Assembly (NCBI GenBank): GCA_051251795.1
Contig: JBPOGC010000001.1
Location: 9,207 to 73,206, forward strand
DNA: 64,000 nt
Reading direction: 5' to 3'
From: Luteolibacter sp.
GTDB lineage: Bacteria; Verrucomicrobiota; Verrucomicrobiia; Verrucomicrobiales; Akkermansiaceae
The number at the start of each line of letters is the position of its first letter. The stretch's first letter is position 1. The notes beneath the pieces are model-generated. The model worked only from the letters and a program-made list of their open reading frames with translations, searched no databases and was not told the origin of the DNA. Shown here piece by piece: positions 30,256-38,872 of this stretch. The translations under genes and the position numbers were made by a program.

Positions 30256-33200
30256 TCAGATGGAGGCTGCGGATTCGATTTCGAGCGAGCGCAAGGCTGG
30301 CTTTCTGCAGAAGCGGTAGAACAGCGCGGGCGTGACGAGCAGGCCCAGAAGAGTCGAGCTGATGAGGCCACCTACGATAACGATGGCTACCGGGTTGAGG
30401 ATTTCCTTGCCCGGCTCATCCGCAGCCAGCACCAAAGGAATCAGCGCGAAGCCCGCAGAGAGTGCGGTCATCAGGATGGGGATCAGCCTTTCCTCCGTCC
30501 CCCGTGAGATCATCTCCGGGGTGAACCCTTCACCCTCGTGCTTCATCAGGTGAAGGTAGTGGGAAATGAGCATGATGTTGTTCCGTGCCGCGATACCACC
30601 GACGGCGATGAATCCGACAAGAGTTGCGATGCTCACATTGTTCAGGGTCATCTGGGTGTAGAGGACTGCTCCAACCAGAGAGACCGGAATGATCGTCAGT
30701 ACAAGGGCTACAAAACTGAAGCTCTTGAAATAGGAGTAGAGCAGGAAAATCACCACCAGCATGATGGCAGCCGACATGATTGCGATAGTTCGTGCTGCTT
30801 CTTTCTGGGCTTGGTATTCTCCCTCGTATGAGATCGTGTAGCCTTCCGGCAGCTTGATGTTTTTATCAATCGACTCTTTGAGCGCATCGACTGCGGAGAC
30901 AAGGTCGGGAACCGTCGGATTGATCGAAACCACGAACCGGCGGCGTGAATTTTCCCGCAGGATATTGTTCGGCCCGGTGGCGTTGCGGATATTCGCGACG
31001 GTGCCGAGTGGCACGAGCTTGTCGTTTTTCGTATCGATATAGAGAGTCTCAAGTTTCTCCGGATTCTCCCGCCATTCCGGGGCGAGCCTCACCACCAGAT
31101 CGTAAACTTTCACTCCCTCGTAGATTTCGGCGACATATTCACCGCCCATCAATCCGGACATTTCCTCTGTCAGTGATCCGGGTGTGACCGCGTATGCGGC
31201 GGCACGCTCCCTGTCAGGCTCGATGCGAAGCTGGGGAACGGGAGCCTGCTGCTCAGTCCGCGCTTCTTCCAGCCCCGGAATTTCTCGCGCCAAGGCTGTG
31301 ACCTCGTCGCCGAGCCGCTTGAGTTCATCCAGATCAGGTCCGAAGATTTTCACCGCGACCTTTGCGGATACGCCGCTGAGCATGTGACCCACGCGGTCCG
31401 CCAGGGGGCCGCTTAGGGCACTGAACGTCCCTGGAATTCCCTTCATCGTTTCACGAATGTCGGCAAGGATTTCCTCGCGTTCCCTTCCGCCTGATTCGTC
31501 GAATTCCACGTCGAATTCCACTGTGGATACGGGAACCACATGGTCTCCACGTTCTGCTCGACCGGCCCGGTATCCCGCAGTTTTCACGCCGGGTATCTTG
31601 AGTAATAGCTCCTGAGCCACATCGGCCAGTTCGGTCGTAGTTTGGAGCGAAGTCCCTGGTGCTGAAGTAGTCGCGATCAGTGCGGTCGGTTCACGGAAAG
31701 CAGGAAGGAAATTACGACCCATGTTGTCATACGCCGCCCAACTGAACCACATCAGGATCAGGGTGATTGCGATCACCAGCAGGGGTTGGGAAAGCGCGAA
31801 GCGCATCCACGTCGCGCTGAATCCCTTTTTCAACCAGCGCACGAAGAAGACATCCCCGTGATCCTTGCCTGGCTTCGGATTGAGCAACATTGAACTCAGG
31901 ACGGGAATCACCGTCAGCGAGACGAGGAAGGAAGCGGCCATACTGACGATTGTGGCAATCGCAATCGGCGTGAAGAGTTTGCCCTCGACCCCGCTGAGAG
32001 CCATGAGCGGTAGGAATACGAGGATGATCAGAATCGTTGCGTAAAGGATGGACGAGCGCACCTCACTGGAAGCCAGCGCGATCACTTCGAGCTTGGGCTT
32101 CGCATTGTTCAGGGATGCGTTTTCCCTCAATCTTCGGAAAACATTCTCCACATCCACAATCGCATCGTCCACCACCATGCCAACGGCTACGGCCAGTCCG
32201 CCGAGTGTCATCGAGTTCACACTGAGATCCATCAGATCGAAAATCAGAATCGTGATACCCAGTGACAACGGAATAGCGGTCAGGGTGATGAGAGTGATCC
32301 GGACGTTCAGCAGGAACAGGAACAGGATGATCGCCACCATGATTGCGCCGTCACGGAGGGCTTCCTTGAGATTGTCGATGGATAGGTTGATGAAGTCTCC
32401 CTGACGGTAGAGTGTGACCAGTTCGGCACCCTCCGGGAGCGAACGGTTGAGTTCTTTCAATGCCTGTTCGACTTCTTCTGTTAAAGCGAGGCTGTCGAAG
32501 CCAGGCGACTTCCGGACACTGAATATGACTCCACGGTTCGAGAGGTTTCCGGCCTTGTCCGGCTCGTGATGGGACAGTCCCATCGCCGCATCGCCGCGCA
32601 TCGGCTCGATGTCCCAGACCACATCCGCCACATCGCGGATATGGATGCTGCGGTCGTTGCGGAAAGCTACGACGGTTTCGGCAATGGCATCAAGGTCGGT
32701 GGTCATCGCAAGATTCCGAACCATGATTTCCTCCGCCCGATCCGTGAGGAATCCGCCGGTTGTGTTTCTAACGGATTCAGCCGCAGCTTCCTTCAGTTGT
32801 TCGAAGGTGATCTGGTGCAAAAGCATCCGCTCGGGATCCGGCTGCACCTGCACCTGCTTGACCCCGCCGCCCATGGACAGAACCTCGGCAATGCCGGGGA
32901 TCGACTGGAGGCGTCTGGCTATCGTCCAGTCCGCGATTACCCGCAGGTCGCTGGGCGCGGTCTTTCCTGAGGAATCGCGCAGACCTACCAGCATGATGTC
33001 GCCCATCAAAGAGGCTACGGGGGTCATATAGGGGGTCACCCCTTCCGGGAGGGATTCGGTCGCACCACTGAGACGCTCCTGCACGAACTGCCGTGCTTTG
33101 TAAATATCCGTGCCCCAGTCGAATTCCACGAAAATCAAGGAAAGCCCGATGTCGTTGGTCGAACGGACGCGGTTGACTCCGGTCACGCCCATCAAGGCAT

Positions 33201-33411
33201 TTTCCAAAGGTATGGTAATAAGGGTTTCCACTTCCTCCGGAGCGTAACCCTGGGCCTCGGTGAGAAGTGTCACCGTCGGCTTGGTGAGATCCGGCAGAAC
33301 CTCCACCGGGAGTTCCAGGGTTTTCTTCACCCCGAAGACCATGAGCACCACAGCGATCATCAGAATGAGACCGCGCTGGGCTAGGGAAAATCGAATCAGT
33401 TTGTTCAACAT
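30256..33411 (-). CDS. Heavy-metal RND permease (third system)
   Basis: 1051 aa with EVLPDLTKPTV, TLGGLAVAVGMVVDDAIVDVENV and RLIPILMTAL. Confidence 0.92.
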   Translation of the reverse strand: MLNKLIRFSLAQRGLILMIAVVLMVFGVKKTLELPVEVLPDLTKPTVTLLTEAQGYAPEEVETLITIPLENALMGVTGVNRVRSTNDIGLSLIFVEFDWGTDIYKARQFVQERLSGATESLPEGVTPYMTPVASLMGDIMLVGLRDSSGKTAPSDLRVIADWTIARRLQSIPGIAEVLSMGGGVKQVQVQPDPERMLLHQITFEQLKEAAAESVRNTTGGFLTDRAEEIMVRNLAMTTDLDAIAETVVAFRNDRSIHIRDVADVVWDIEPMRGDAAMGLSHHEPDKAGNLSNRGVIFSVRKSPGFDSLALTEEVEQALKELNRSLPEGAELVTLYRQGDFINLSIDNLKEALRDGAIMVAIILFLFLLNVRITLITLTAIPLSLGITILIFDLMDLSVNSMTLGGLAVAVGMVVDDAIVDVENVFRRLRENASLNNAKPKLEVIALASSEVRSSILYATILIILVFLPLMALSGVEGKLFTPIAIATIVSMAASFLVSLTVIPVLSSMLLNPKPGKDHGDVFFVRWLKKGFSATWMRFALSQPLLVIAITLILMWFSWAAYDNMGRNFLPAFREPTALIATTSAPGTSLQTTTELADVAQELLLKIPGVKTAGYRAGRAERGDHVVPVSTVEFDVEFDESGGREREEILADIRETMKGIPGTFSALSGPLADRVGHMLSGVSAKVAVKIFGPDLDELKRLGDEVTALAREIPGLEEARTEQQAPVPQLRIEPDRERAAAYAVTPGSLTEEMSGLMGGEYVAEIYEGVKVYDLVVRLAPEWRENPEKLETLYIDTKNDKLVPLGTVANIRNATGPNNILRENSRRRFVVSINPTVPDLVSAVDALKESIDKNIKLPEGYTISYEGEYQAQKEAARTIAIMSAAIMLVVIFLLYSYFKSFSFVALVLTIIPVSLVGAVLYTQMTLNNVSIATLVGFIAVGGIAARNNIMLISHYLHLMKHEGEGFTPEMISRGTEERLIPILMTALSAGFALIPLVLAADEPGKEILNPVAIVIVGGLISSTLLGLLVTPALFYRFCRKPALRSLEIESAASI

Positions 33412-33415
33412 AGGA

Positions 33416-34555
33416 TCAAGCGGTTGGGGTTGCTTTGGAGTGGCGTTTCGCGTTCCAGACCATCTGCCCTAGCAATAGGACAAGGATGGAGGCTCCGATT
33501 GAGTAGTAGATCAGCCACTTCGGCGCACCTCCTCCGGTTCCTTCGCCATGACCTTCGTGATCGTCCTCGGCATCGCCTCCCTTTTCTCCTTCCTTCAGCT
33601 CGGAGCCGTCCTCGGCATGCTCATGCCCGTGCGCGGCATCCAGTGCGTCTTTCAGTGACATCCCGCTTCCTCCCCCGACAAAGCCGAGCGAATACGAACC
33701 ACGTGTCACCACTTCGTCTCCGGGGAAAAGTCCCTCCTTCACCTCGACCCATCCACCGCTTTTTTCACCTACGACAACCGACGCCCTGACGAACGCATTC
33801 GGAAGGTCAAAATCCTTCACATAAACCACCCGTGCCGCAGGATCGCCTTGGAGGGATTGTTCAGGAACGGCCAACACATTCGGGCGGCTGGATACAACGA
33901 TGGCAAACTCGGCTCGCAAACCGGGCTGAAGTTTCCCATCCTTGTTCGATACTTGGAAAACACCTTCGACCGCACCGGCTTCACGGTTCGCCTGAACGCC
34001 GAACCTGAGCAACTCGGCTACGATAGGCTCTCCTCCGATTGCAGGAAACGTGATCCTTGCCTTCGTGCCCGGCGCAATCCCCGCAGCAAGCTGTTCGGGA
34101 ATTTGTGCCACGACCCACATCTCGTTCCTATCTGAAATATCGAAAAGCTCCGTGCCGGGTTCGACCGGCTGGCCTTGCAGGACGTGAGACTCGATAACGA
34201 GACCGTCATGCACCGCTGTCAGCTCGATGGTCGGTGGCGGATTTCCCGGCTGGCGGCTTTCCACTTTTGCAAGGACTTGTCCTTTTTTCACCCGATCGCC
34301 GATGAAGGCGTTTACCTCGACGGCACGACCCGGAATCCGGGAGGAGACGGAGTGCTGGTTTCCCGGCACCTCCTCGACCCGCCCGATGGCGAACACTGTT
34401 GTTTCGAAGGTACGTTCCTCCACCATCACCGTCTCCAGACGAAGGTTTTTCACACCGTTCGCGTCGAGAATGACTGTGTCTTTCTGGCGGTCTTGTGCGA
34501 AGATCGCGCTGATGGCGAATCCGAAGACTGCCGCTATTTTGAGAGTTGTTTTCAT
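33416..34555 (-). CDS. RND membrane fusion protein with His-rich C-terminal membrane anchor
   Basis: MFP core, DAAHGHEHAEDG and a C-terminal TM segment. Confidence 0.88.
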   Translation of the reverse strand: MKTTLKIAAVFGFAISAIFAQDRQKDTVILDANGVKNLRLETVMVEERTFETTVFAIGRVEEVPGNQHSVSSRIPGRAVEVNAFIGDRVKKGQVLAKVESRQPGNPPPTIELTAVHDGLVIESHVLQGQPVEPGTELFDISDRNEMWVVAQIPEQLAAGIAPGTKARITFPAIGGEPIVAELLRFGVQANREAGAVEGVFQVSNKDGKLQPGLRAEFAIVVSSRPNVLAVPEQSLQGDPAARVVYVKDFDLPNAFVRASVVVGEKSGGWVEVKEGLFPGDEVVTRGSYSLGFVGGGSGMSLKDALDAAHGHEHAEDGSELKEGEKGGDAEDDHEGHGEGTGGGAPKWLIYYSIGASILVLLLGQMVWNAKRHSKATPTA

Positions 34556-34592
34556 AAATATAAAAGTTGGGAAAATAAGGTTTTGAAATGGA

Positions 34593-35813
34593 TCAAGGTT
34601 TGCCTACGGAGGCTTGGTATCGGATACGGGCTAACTGGAACTCGCGCATCGCATCGAGCCTGGAGGCTTGGAGATCCAGTGTTTGCTCGCGGGATGTCAG
34701 GACGGCCTGGAGATCTCCCTGACCCTGAAGGTAGGCTTTTTCGAGGAGGTCGGTCTGCTCCTTCGCGAGAGGAAGAAGCTTGTCGTTTAGTTCGGAAATA
34801 AGAGCACCCCACTGGCGCATTTCGGCGACGGCAGTTGCGCTTTCATGCATGATGTCGCGCTGGAGTGCGGCGACTTCCCGTTCCTTGCGGTTACGGATCG
34901 CTGTAGCGGCGTCGATATTCCCCTGGTTATCATTCCAGAAAGGCAACGGGATACTAAGTTTGAAACCGATGATGCCCTCGTTCTCAAGGCCATCGGGAGC
35001 ATCCTCCGATCTTTCCCCGGCTGCGAAGATGGAAGCCTCCACATCATCCCTGCGCCGTGCTTGTTCCAAGGCGATGCCGGTTTTGGCTGCCTTGAGATCA
35101 ATGCGGGCAGCATTCAAATCCGGGCGTTCAATACTGTTCGTCGAGGGAATGGTAATTGGCGGGGCGTTTCCGGAAAGTATTACTCCATCTTCAGGGGCAA
35201 TCCCGACCAGAGGTCTCAGTCTTCCAAGCGTTGCGCTTTCATCCGCCTGGAGCCGACGTTCCTCGGTGGTGAGTGTGAGAACCGACAGCCTGGCTCTTGC
35301 CGCATCCAGAGAAGAAATTTCCCCGCGTTCCGCAGCTCCGGCGATGAACTCGGCGAGTTCGTTGGATAGATCCTTTTGTTTGATGAGCAGCGCCTTGCGC
35401 TCACGAATGGATAGGACTCTGACAAATTCCCCACGCGCTTCGGCAACGAGGAGACGTTCGACATCGCGAACCTCCTGTTCCGCGGCCTCGACTCCGGCTA
35501 GAGTGATCTCTTTTTCCAGGGAAAGACGGTTAGTGACCGGGAATTTCTGGGTCAAGCCGATTTCTATCGAGCCTTCGGCGTTCTGAATGTTGTGGCTGAG
35601 GCCGGTATCGAACGATGGGTTCGGCAGGCGGCCGGACTGAACCATGCGACCGAGAGCTTCGTTGATGCGGAAGCGCGCAGCTGCAAGGGTTGGATTGCTA
35701 TGCCTGATACGGCCGGGAATGCTTTCGTAGGAAAGGATTTCCACCGGTTCCGCAAGGGAAAGATCAGTGATAAAGAGACACGCGACGAGCGTGAAAGGTA
35801 TGGTAAATTTCAT
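34593..35813 (-). CDS. TolC-family outer membrane factor
   Basis: GRLPNPSF and LSIPLPFWNDNQGNI motifs. Confidence 0.9.
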   Translation of the reverse strand: MKFTIPFTLVACLFITDLSLAEPVEILSYESIPGRIRHSNPTLAAARFRINEALGRMVQSGRLPNPSFDTGLSHNIQNAEGSIEIGLTQKFPVTNRLSLEKEITLAGVEAAEQEVRDVERLLVAEARGEFVRVLSIRERKALLIKQKDLSNELAEFIAGAAERGEISSLDAARARLSVLTLTTEERRLQADESATLGRLRPLVGIAPEDGVILSGNAPPITIPSTNSIERPDLNAARIDLKAAKTGIALEQARRRDDVEASIFAAGERSEDAPDGLENEGIIGFKLSIPLPFWNDNQGNIDAATAIRNRKEREVAALQRDIMHESATAVAEMRQWGALISELNDKLLPLAKEQTDLLEKAYLQGQGDLQAVLTSREQTLDLQASRLDAMREFQLARIRYQASVGKP

Positions 35814-35952
35814 GGATGGTGTTGATTGTGCGATAAGCAGAGCCGTAAGTACGGATCTGGATAAATACGGAGAGGTTCTTCAAAGATCCGGAGTAAAAGG
35901 GACGCGTGAATACGCATCAGTTCCGGACGGGGGCGCAGCAAAGGTGCGCACG

Positions 35953-35982
35953 AAAAAAGCCCGTCAAACGACGGACGGGAAA
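35953..35982 (-). terminator. Terminator-like hairpin between the leader ORF and RND operon 3
   Basis: Minus strand CCCGTC-CGTCGTTT-GACGGG followed by CTTTTTT, immediately after the 35985 stop. Confidence 0.7.
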
Positions 35983-35984
35983 CC

Positions 35985-36335
35985 TCAGATCAACGGTGGT
36001 TTGTCCAGTGCGAAGACAGGGCTATCCGGGATCAACGAATCATAGCGGGAGATTTCTACCCGCCGGGTAACGTATGCAACGGACGAAAACGCGAATGGCG
36101 CACCCTGATCCATGTTCTGGAGGTGGCAGCACTCGTGATGATGAGTGGAACCGCTGTCATGGGTTTGCCCCTCATCATGATGGGAATCGTCCGAAGGATC
36201 GTGCGAATGACTCGATTCAGTGCTATGCTGAACAGCGCATTCGTCATTGTCGCTGTGACCATTCTTGTGACCCATAGCGACAAGAATCCCTGCGAGGACG
36301 CAGAAAGTCAGTAGCAGCTTGGTCAGATGGATCAC
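35985..36335 (-). CDS. Small exported His/Cys-rich protein heading RND operon 3
   Basis: GTG start, signal peptide, HHHECCH and C-terminal DKPPLI. Confidence 0.7.
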   Translation of the reverse strand: MIHLTKLLLTFCVLAGILVAMGHKNGHSDNDECAVQHSTESSHSHDPSDDSHHDEGQTHDSGSTHHHECCHLQNMDQGAPFAFSSVAYVTRRVEISRYDSLIPDSPVFALDKPPLI

Positions 36336-36511
36336 GCGGAACAGATGGCCTAAAACCATCCGACCCGCAACTAGGTTTTTCAGAAAAATGGGAATTTCAA
36401 CTCCGTGCAGATGCTTGCCGTTGACTGAATGATGACTTCTTTTCCACAATCATACTGACACGCAACCTCTCCATTCTTCTTTAAATCGACGATTCGTGGC
36501 TCTCGCAAAAA

Positions 36512-36538
36512 ACAGTTGCGAGCGTAGATTGCAACTGT
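36512..36538. promoter_or_regulatory. Inverted repeat, candidate operator
   Basis: ACAGTTGC-N11-GCAACTGT upstream of RND operon 3. Confidence 0.35.
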
Positions 36539-36734
36539 CCCGCGATTGCGATGGGTTCAGTGGTGAGCCTCCTCTAGCATAACTTCAATACAGACATTTC
36601 TGAAATTCCTACTGATCAACAAAACCCAGTTGTATTGTGGCATGATGGAGCATTCATTCCAGATAAGCAGAACTGCATGGCCTCAAGGAAATGACCTATT
36701 GCACTCTCCGACAGATTGGCCGTAAAATTGGCGC

Positions 36735-37037
36735 ATGGCCCACAACCTTGCACGAGAGAAGCGCGAAGAGTATTTGACCCGGTTCGGAAAAGCATACGAT
36801 TCGGATCGTTATCCATCCCCAGAAACCACGCCGGCAGACCGTAGATCTTTGATCGCAACGCTCAAAGTCTGTGATGCAAGCGCACGCCAGATCGACATCC
36901 ACCATGAACTCCAGCGGCTACCAAAATCTGGCGACGTCGTCATTCTGGACGCCGACAACGAGCACCTTCCACAGGAACATGAGGAACAAGCTGCAATCAT
37001 GAAACTCTGGAGTCCTCACTCCAAGACAACATCCTGA
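36735..37037 (+). CDS. Hypothetical protein (possibly 5'-truncated)
   Basis: 100-aa ORF with protein-like composition and no recognised motif. Confidence 0.4.
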   Translation: MAHNLAREKREEYLTRFGKAYDSDRYPSPETTPADRRSLIATLKVCDASARQIDIHHELQRLPKSGDVVILDADNEHLPQEHEEQAAIMKLWSPHSKTTS

Positions 37038-37152
37038 GAACCAGACAGCGCCGGGGCAACGGAAACGGCTCATGGAGCTTGGATCATTTTTCAGAATCCA
37101 TCCGGTTCAGATCTTGCGATACTTCAGAAATTTCGACCACAAAAACTTATCT

Positions 37153-37641
37153 ATGACCGCCACAATTCATCCACCCTATCATTTGCTCCGGTCGCAGGAA
37201 TCATGCTGGAAATGCGGATCCGATGCGGAAGTCATCGCGTTCACAACAGCGGAGGTTTCCGGCGAGGAAGATGATGACAACGAACTTCCGGTTCATTCAC
37301 CGGTCGTTCTGACAAATATCAGAAATGCCCCCCAACCTTTCCTGGTTGCCGCCACCCGATCCGGCGCAAACTACGAGTGCCGATTCTCAAAAACTGCCGG
37401 GCATGAGTATTTCATGAATCAATGCGGATGCGGCGCAGTTCTGGGAGATCACTTTCTTCACAACGAACCCGGACATGCGTTCTTTCCAATGAACGATGAA
37501 GAGGCCTCTTCCGTTCAGGTTCAGGAGATCGATTGTCCCGACCCACTGGAAATCGAATGCAGCTTTACGGGCTGGTCTTCGCTTTGTCTCGTGAAGAGCG
37601 GAACCATGGTCGATGGAAAGATTGACGTGACCCCGGTATAA
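37153..37641 (+). CDS. Hypothetical Cys/His (Zn-binding-like) protein
   Basis: CWKCG and FSKTAGHEYFMNQCGCGAVLGDHFLHNEPGHAFFP. Confidence 0.7.
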   Translation: MTATIHPPYHLLRSQESCWKCGSDAEVIAFTTAEVSGEEDDDNELPVHSPVVLTNIRNAPQPFLVAATRSGANYECRFSKTAGHEYFMNQCGCGAVLGDHFLHNEPGHAFFPMNDEEASSVQVQEIDCPDPLEIECSFTGWSSLCLVKSGTMVDGKIDVTPV

Positions 37642-37787
37642 ACCTTCCAATCATTTATGATCGGACGGAGGTCGTTTCCCTTTACCCTGGATTTCGATTG
37701 CTTTGCAATTCGATACACTTCGACCAGTGCGTCTTTGTCCTTTTGGGTCTCCATCGACTCGACTAAATTTCCACGGGAACAGCCATT

Positions 37788-37955
37788 CAATGATCTTTAT
37801 CCGAATGCTGCTTTCGATCACACCAATCGTGATCGCGTGGCGGGTGAGGCCTTGGTGGAGACGTGGATGTCGAGCTTGTTCATCAGGTTTTGGCAGTGTT
37901 TCTCAACGGTCTTGATACTAATATAAAACTCGTCCGCCGTCTCCTTGTTTGGATG
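37788..37955 (-). pseudogene. Relic of a NarL/LuxR-type HTH C-terminus
   Basis: Minus strand reads NKETADEFYISIKTVEKHCQNLMNKLDIH, then after a frameshift GLTRHAITIGVIESSIRIKII. Confidence 0.75.
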
Positions 37956-38196
37956 CGTTGCTCAAAACAAAGACCAAGCCCCAGCTGAAGGATTTGTAAA
38001 CAGCCAGCTGTCCGTGAGGTAAATTCGCCTCAAAATCTCGGGACTCATTCCAAAAATCCAAGGTGAAACTTCCAAGGTGATCAAAGCTCTTGCGACTGGC
38101 TTGCCAGATGCATCGCCCTTTTACGATTTGTGAGCGTTGCCCGGGGAGTCGTCAGTCATAATAAAAGAACTAATTTCGGATGGGGGGCGATTGCGC

Positions 38197-38493
38197 TCAA
38201 ACTTCAGGTTCACCACTTTCGTTGCTTGAGAGTGGCTCCTGTTGGCCTTGGAATTCTTTCAATCCCTCAAAGAATTCCTTGGTGAAATGTCCTGCGGTAT
38301 TAGCATTGATTCGTGCCATCTCGTCTATACTGAGAAGATTAAGACGCCCATTGGGTAGAAGCCTGATCCTCAAAAGGCTATCCATCGGGTAATCGATAGG
38401 AAACTGCATTTTACCTTCGTCTAGTTGTTGGCGCAAAAGATTAAAGTTTCGTTCGAAATCGCCCCGCGTGAGAGGTGTGTTCATCTTTTCCAT
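38197..38493 (-). CDS. avs1c: Avs1c-like small protein, second copy
   Basis: TPLTRGDFERNFNLL...LPNGRLNLLSIDEMARINAN, clearly paralogous to the adjacent gene. Confidence 0.75.
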   Translation of the reverse strand: MEKMNTPLTRGDFERNFNLLRQQLDEGKMQFPIDYPMDSLLRIRLLPNGRLNLLSIDEMARINANTAGHFTKEFFEGLKEFQGQQEPLSSNESGEPEV

Positions 38494-38557
38494 AATCAGC
38501 CAAAAATTGTGTTTGTTCTCGAAAGCCTGTGCAATTCCCCGATTGAGGTATCTTCAT

Positions 38558-38869
38558 TCAATTATCATGAGTTGGATCGTCGGATTCTGCGGGCGAAAGA
38601 ACATCTGACTCCCCTCTCTTGTTTTCGATTTTCTTCTGAAAGGAACATTCGCTCATCTGATTCATCATATTGGCTTGTAAGCGAGCACTCTCGTCAACGC
38701 TTAGGAAATCCATCCGGCCGTTTGGAAGAAATCGCACTCTTGCAATGCCTGAAACTGAGTGAGTTAGTCCTCTTTGAACGAAAAATTGACCATCTTCGAT
38801 TTTTCGATGGAGCAAATTGAAGTTCCGCTCAAATTCCGCCCGGGTGCGGGGAGTGTCCATGGGATTCAT
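38558..38869 (-). CDS. avs1c: AVAST type I accessory protein Avs1c
   Basis: TPRTRAEFERNFNLL...LPNGRMDFLSVDESARLQAN; third gene after MBL and protease-STAND. Confidence 0.85.
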   Translation of the reverse strand: MNPMDTPRTRAEFERNFNLLHRKIEDGQFFVQRGLTHSVSGIARVRFLPNGRMDFLSVDESARLQANMMNQMSECSFQKKIENKRGESDVLSPAESDDPTHDN

Positions 38870-38872
38870 AAT

